A DNA stretch of 64,000 bases from Marsupella aquatica. Taxonomy: Eukaryota > Plantae > Marchantiophyta. The notes beneath the pieces are model-generated. The model was not told the DNA's origin. It saw nothing but the letters and a program-made list of their open reading frames with translations, and searched no databases. Below are positions 62,525 through 64,000 of the stretch, piece after piece. Location: positions 19,059,048-19,123,047 of the forward strand of contig OZ316891.1 in assembly GCA_973895155.1 (NCBI GenBank), given 5' to 3'. The stretch's first letter is position 1; each line of letters starts with the position of its first letter. The position numbers were made by a program, and so were the translations under genes.

Positions 62525-63702
62525 ATGGCAACGGAAGAGGTCCAGGAGGAGGTGGAGGCCATGGAGGCAGTTTATGGTTCTGATTGCACAGTCTTCCAAG
62601 TCTTTTCTCCCCATCTGAGCGTCTTCATGAAGCCCCGCACAGCTGACGATGCCTCCGTTCAGGTTTGTTTGCCTTCTCGCCGTTCCGTCCTTTTCCTCTA
62701 CTCCCACTTTTCCGATTTTTCTAGGCCTAGTCTCATCGAAAACTTACCGCAGCATTTGCCTCTTTCGATGATTCACCGACCCTCTTTCACTAATGACGTT
62801 AAATTCGTTGATGGCCTTCTAGAGTCTGCGGATTGTGGAACTGGTAGGAATCAGATAGGGTATCATTCAGCAAAAATTCGTTGGTTGAAATTCCTTTTGT
62901 GGGTTATTATAACTCATTCCTTTTTCGGCTCCTGAAGGATTTACCCATAGCCACTAGCTCTAGGGTTTGAACGATCTGCTTTGTAACCTATTGGATTTTT
63001 CGTGATCTCAGTTTGTGGAGGCAGTTCTAGTGATCAAAGCGGGAGCGAAGGTATCCTTGTGCCCTCTTCATTCAAAGAATCAAAGAGGTTGGGCGTCTAG
63101 AGTACATTGAGAGTTGAATGCAATCAACTTCAATAATTCGCATATAGCAGGGATAGGTCCGCGAGAGAATTTGGGTGCACTGTTCAGATGCTGGCACACA
63201 GGGTGACCGGCTGTTAAAGAAATATTAGGACAGTTCAGATAACATAGTTAGAGTCTGACGGCACGCAGACGGTGGGGTAAAGTGTGAGTTCAGCTAGATT
63301 GAGCAAGTTAAGGGAGAGAAACTAAAGTGAGAACTAGACTCAATGTGAAAAAAATTTAAAAAACTAAAAAAACTACTCGCATTTAGCTGGACTAGCATTG
63401 TCGGGCATTATTATGTGTTGACAGGGAGACAACATGTTCTTCTAGGGCAATGTCCTAAGTAGCCTGTCGACCTCAGGATCAAGAGAGGAAGATGGACATA
63501 GTAAGGTTCAAAAGTGAAGCCCTGCAGCTTACTGAGATGCTGATGTTTGAATATGTGTTGGCAGTATCCAGACGCACCACCTGAGTTGGAGCTAAGGGAT
63601 GTCAAGGGCTTAGGTGACAGTCGCCATGCCCAGCTGCTAGGTGATCTGCGAGAGCAAGCTGCAGAACTAGCTGGTGGCCCTATGCTGGTGGCCATTTGTG
63701 AG
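62525..63702 (+). CDS. RWD-domain protein (RNF25-like E3 ligase), 5' partial; exons 62525-62662, 63012-63050, 63565-63702
   Basis: MATEEVQEEVEAMEAVYGSDC..KPRTADDASVQ|FVEAVLVIKAGAK|YPDAPPEL..KGLGDSR..MLVAICE; RWD YPxxPP motif; all junctions phase-0 GT-AG. The RING domain would lie beyond the window. Confidence 0.88.
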
Positions 63703-64000
63703 GTGTCCATCTTTATCCTTTTCCCAGTTCGCAATCTTCTCTGGATTGTTCCCACGACATCTTCTATGTACACCAAACATAGAGACTCTAACAATTTAGA
63801 AACGGTCTTGTCCAATATCCTGATTAAGTGTGAATTCTTCGAAGGGATGTTTTATCCTGTCATAGCCATCAGCAAACACTGCAATGAGGTTTGGGCAATG
63901 TGAGAGTGCATGCATAGAATGAATGGACTAGGTCCTGATAGGTGTCTTTCTAATGTTAGTAGAGCTGAGTGTGGGCATGACGAGAAGGGGCAAAGTCGGT

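Noticed and set aside
1-64000. tRNA, rRNA and snoRNA genes
   Set aside because: No cloverleaf, rRNA-like tract or convincing C/D box pair was seen; a covariance-model search could still find small RNAs.

Overview
Eukaryotic, intron-rich plant nuclear DNA, most likely a non-seed land plant such as a liverwort (inferred from the hydrolase family and TE types, not proven). Host genes: first exon of a probable plastid-targeted gene running off the left edge (-); an ALY/THOC4 mRNA-export adaptor (-, 6 exons, GC-AG first intron); an intron-containing class II-like small heat-shock protein (+); an ACINUS-like SAP-RRM-RSB gene (+); a stand-alone alpha/beta-hydrolase of the type fused to liverwort NLRs (-); and the first three exons of an RWD-domain (RNF25-like) gene running off the right edge (+). 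The intergenic space holds two TE nests. (1) A decayed CRE-like non-LTR retrotransposon is interrupted by a small non-autonomous element, itself interrupted by a 4,970-bp Mutator-like element (about 410-bp TIRs, 10-bp TSD). That MULE carries a disabled transposase plus an intact convergent second gene encoding a hydrophobic N-terminus and an RNase H1/caulimovirus P6 hybrid-binding domain; this is the best candidate for an undescribed system. (2) A Crypton-like (DUF3504-type) tyrosine-recombinase relic becomes readable only after removing two insertions with 9-bp direct repeats; it lies next to a full-length decayed Ty1/copia element. A related solo LTR, two non-autonomous Helitrons with CTTG ends and several tandem repeats are also present. 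All family assignments come from motif recognition by eye; no database searches were run.
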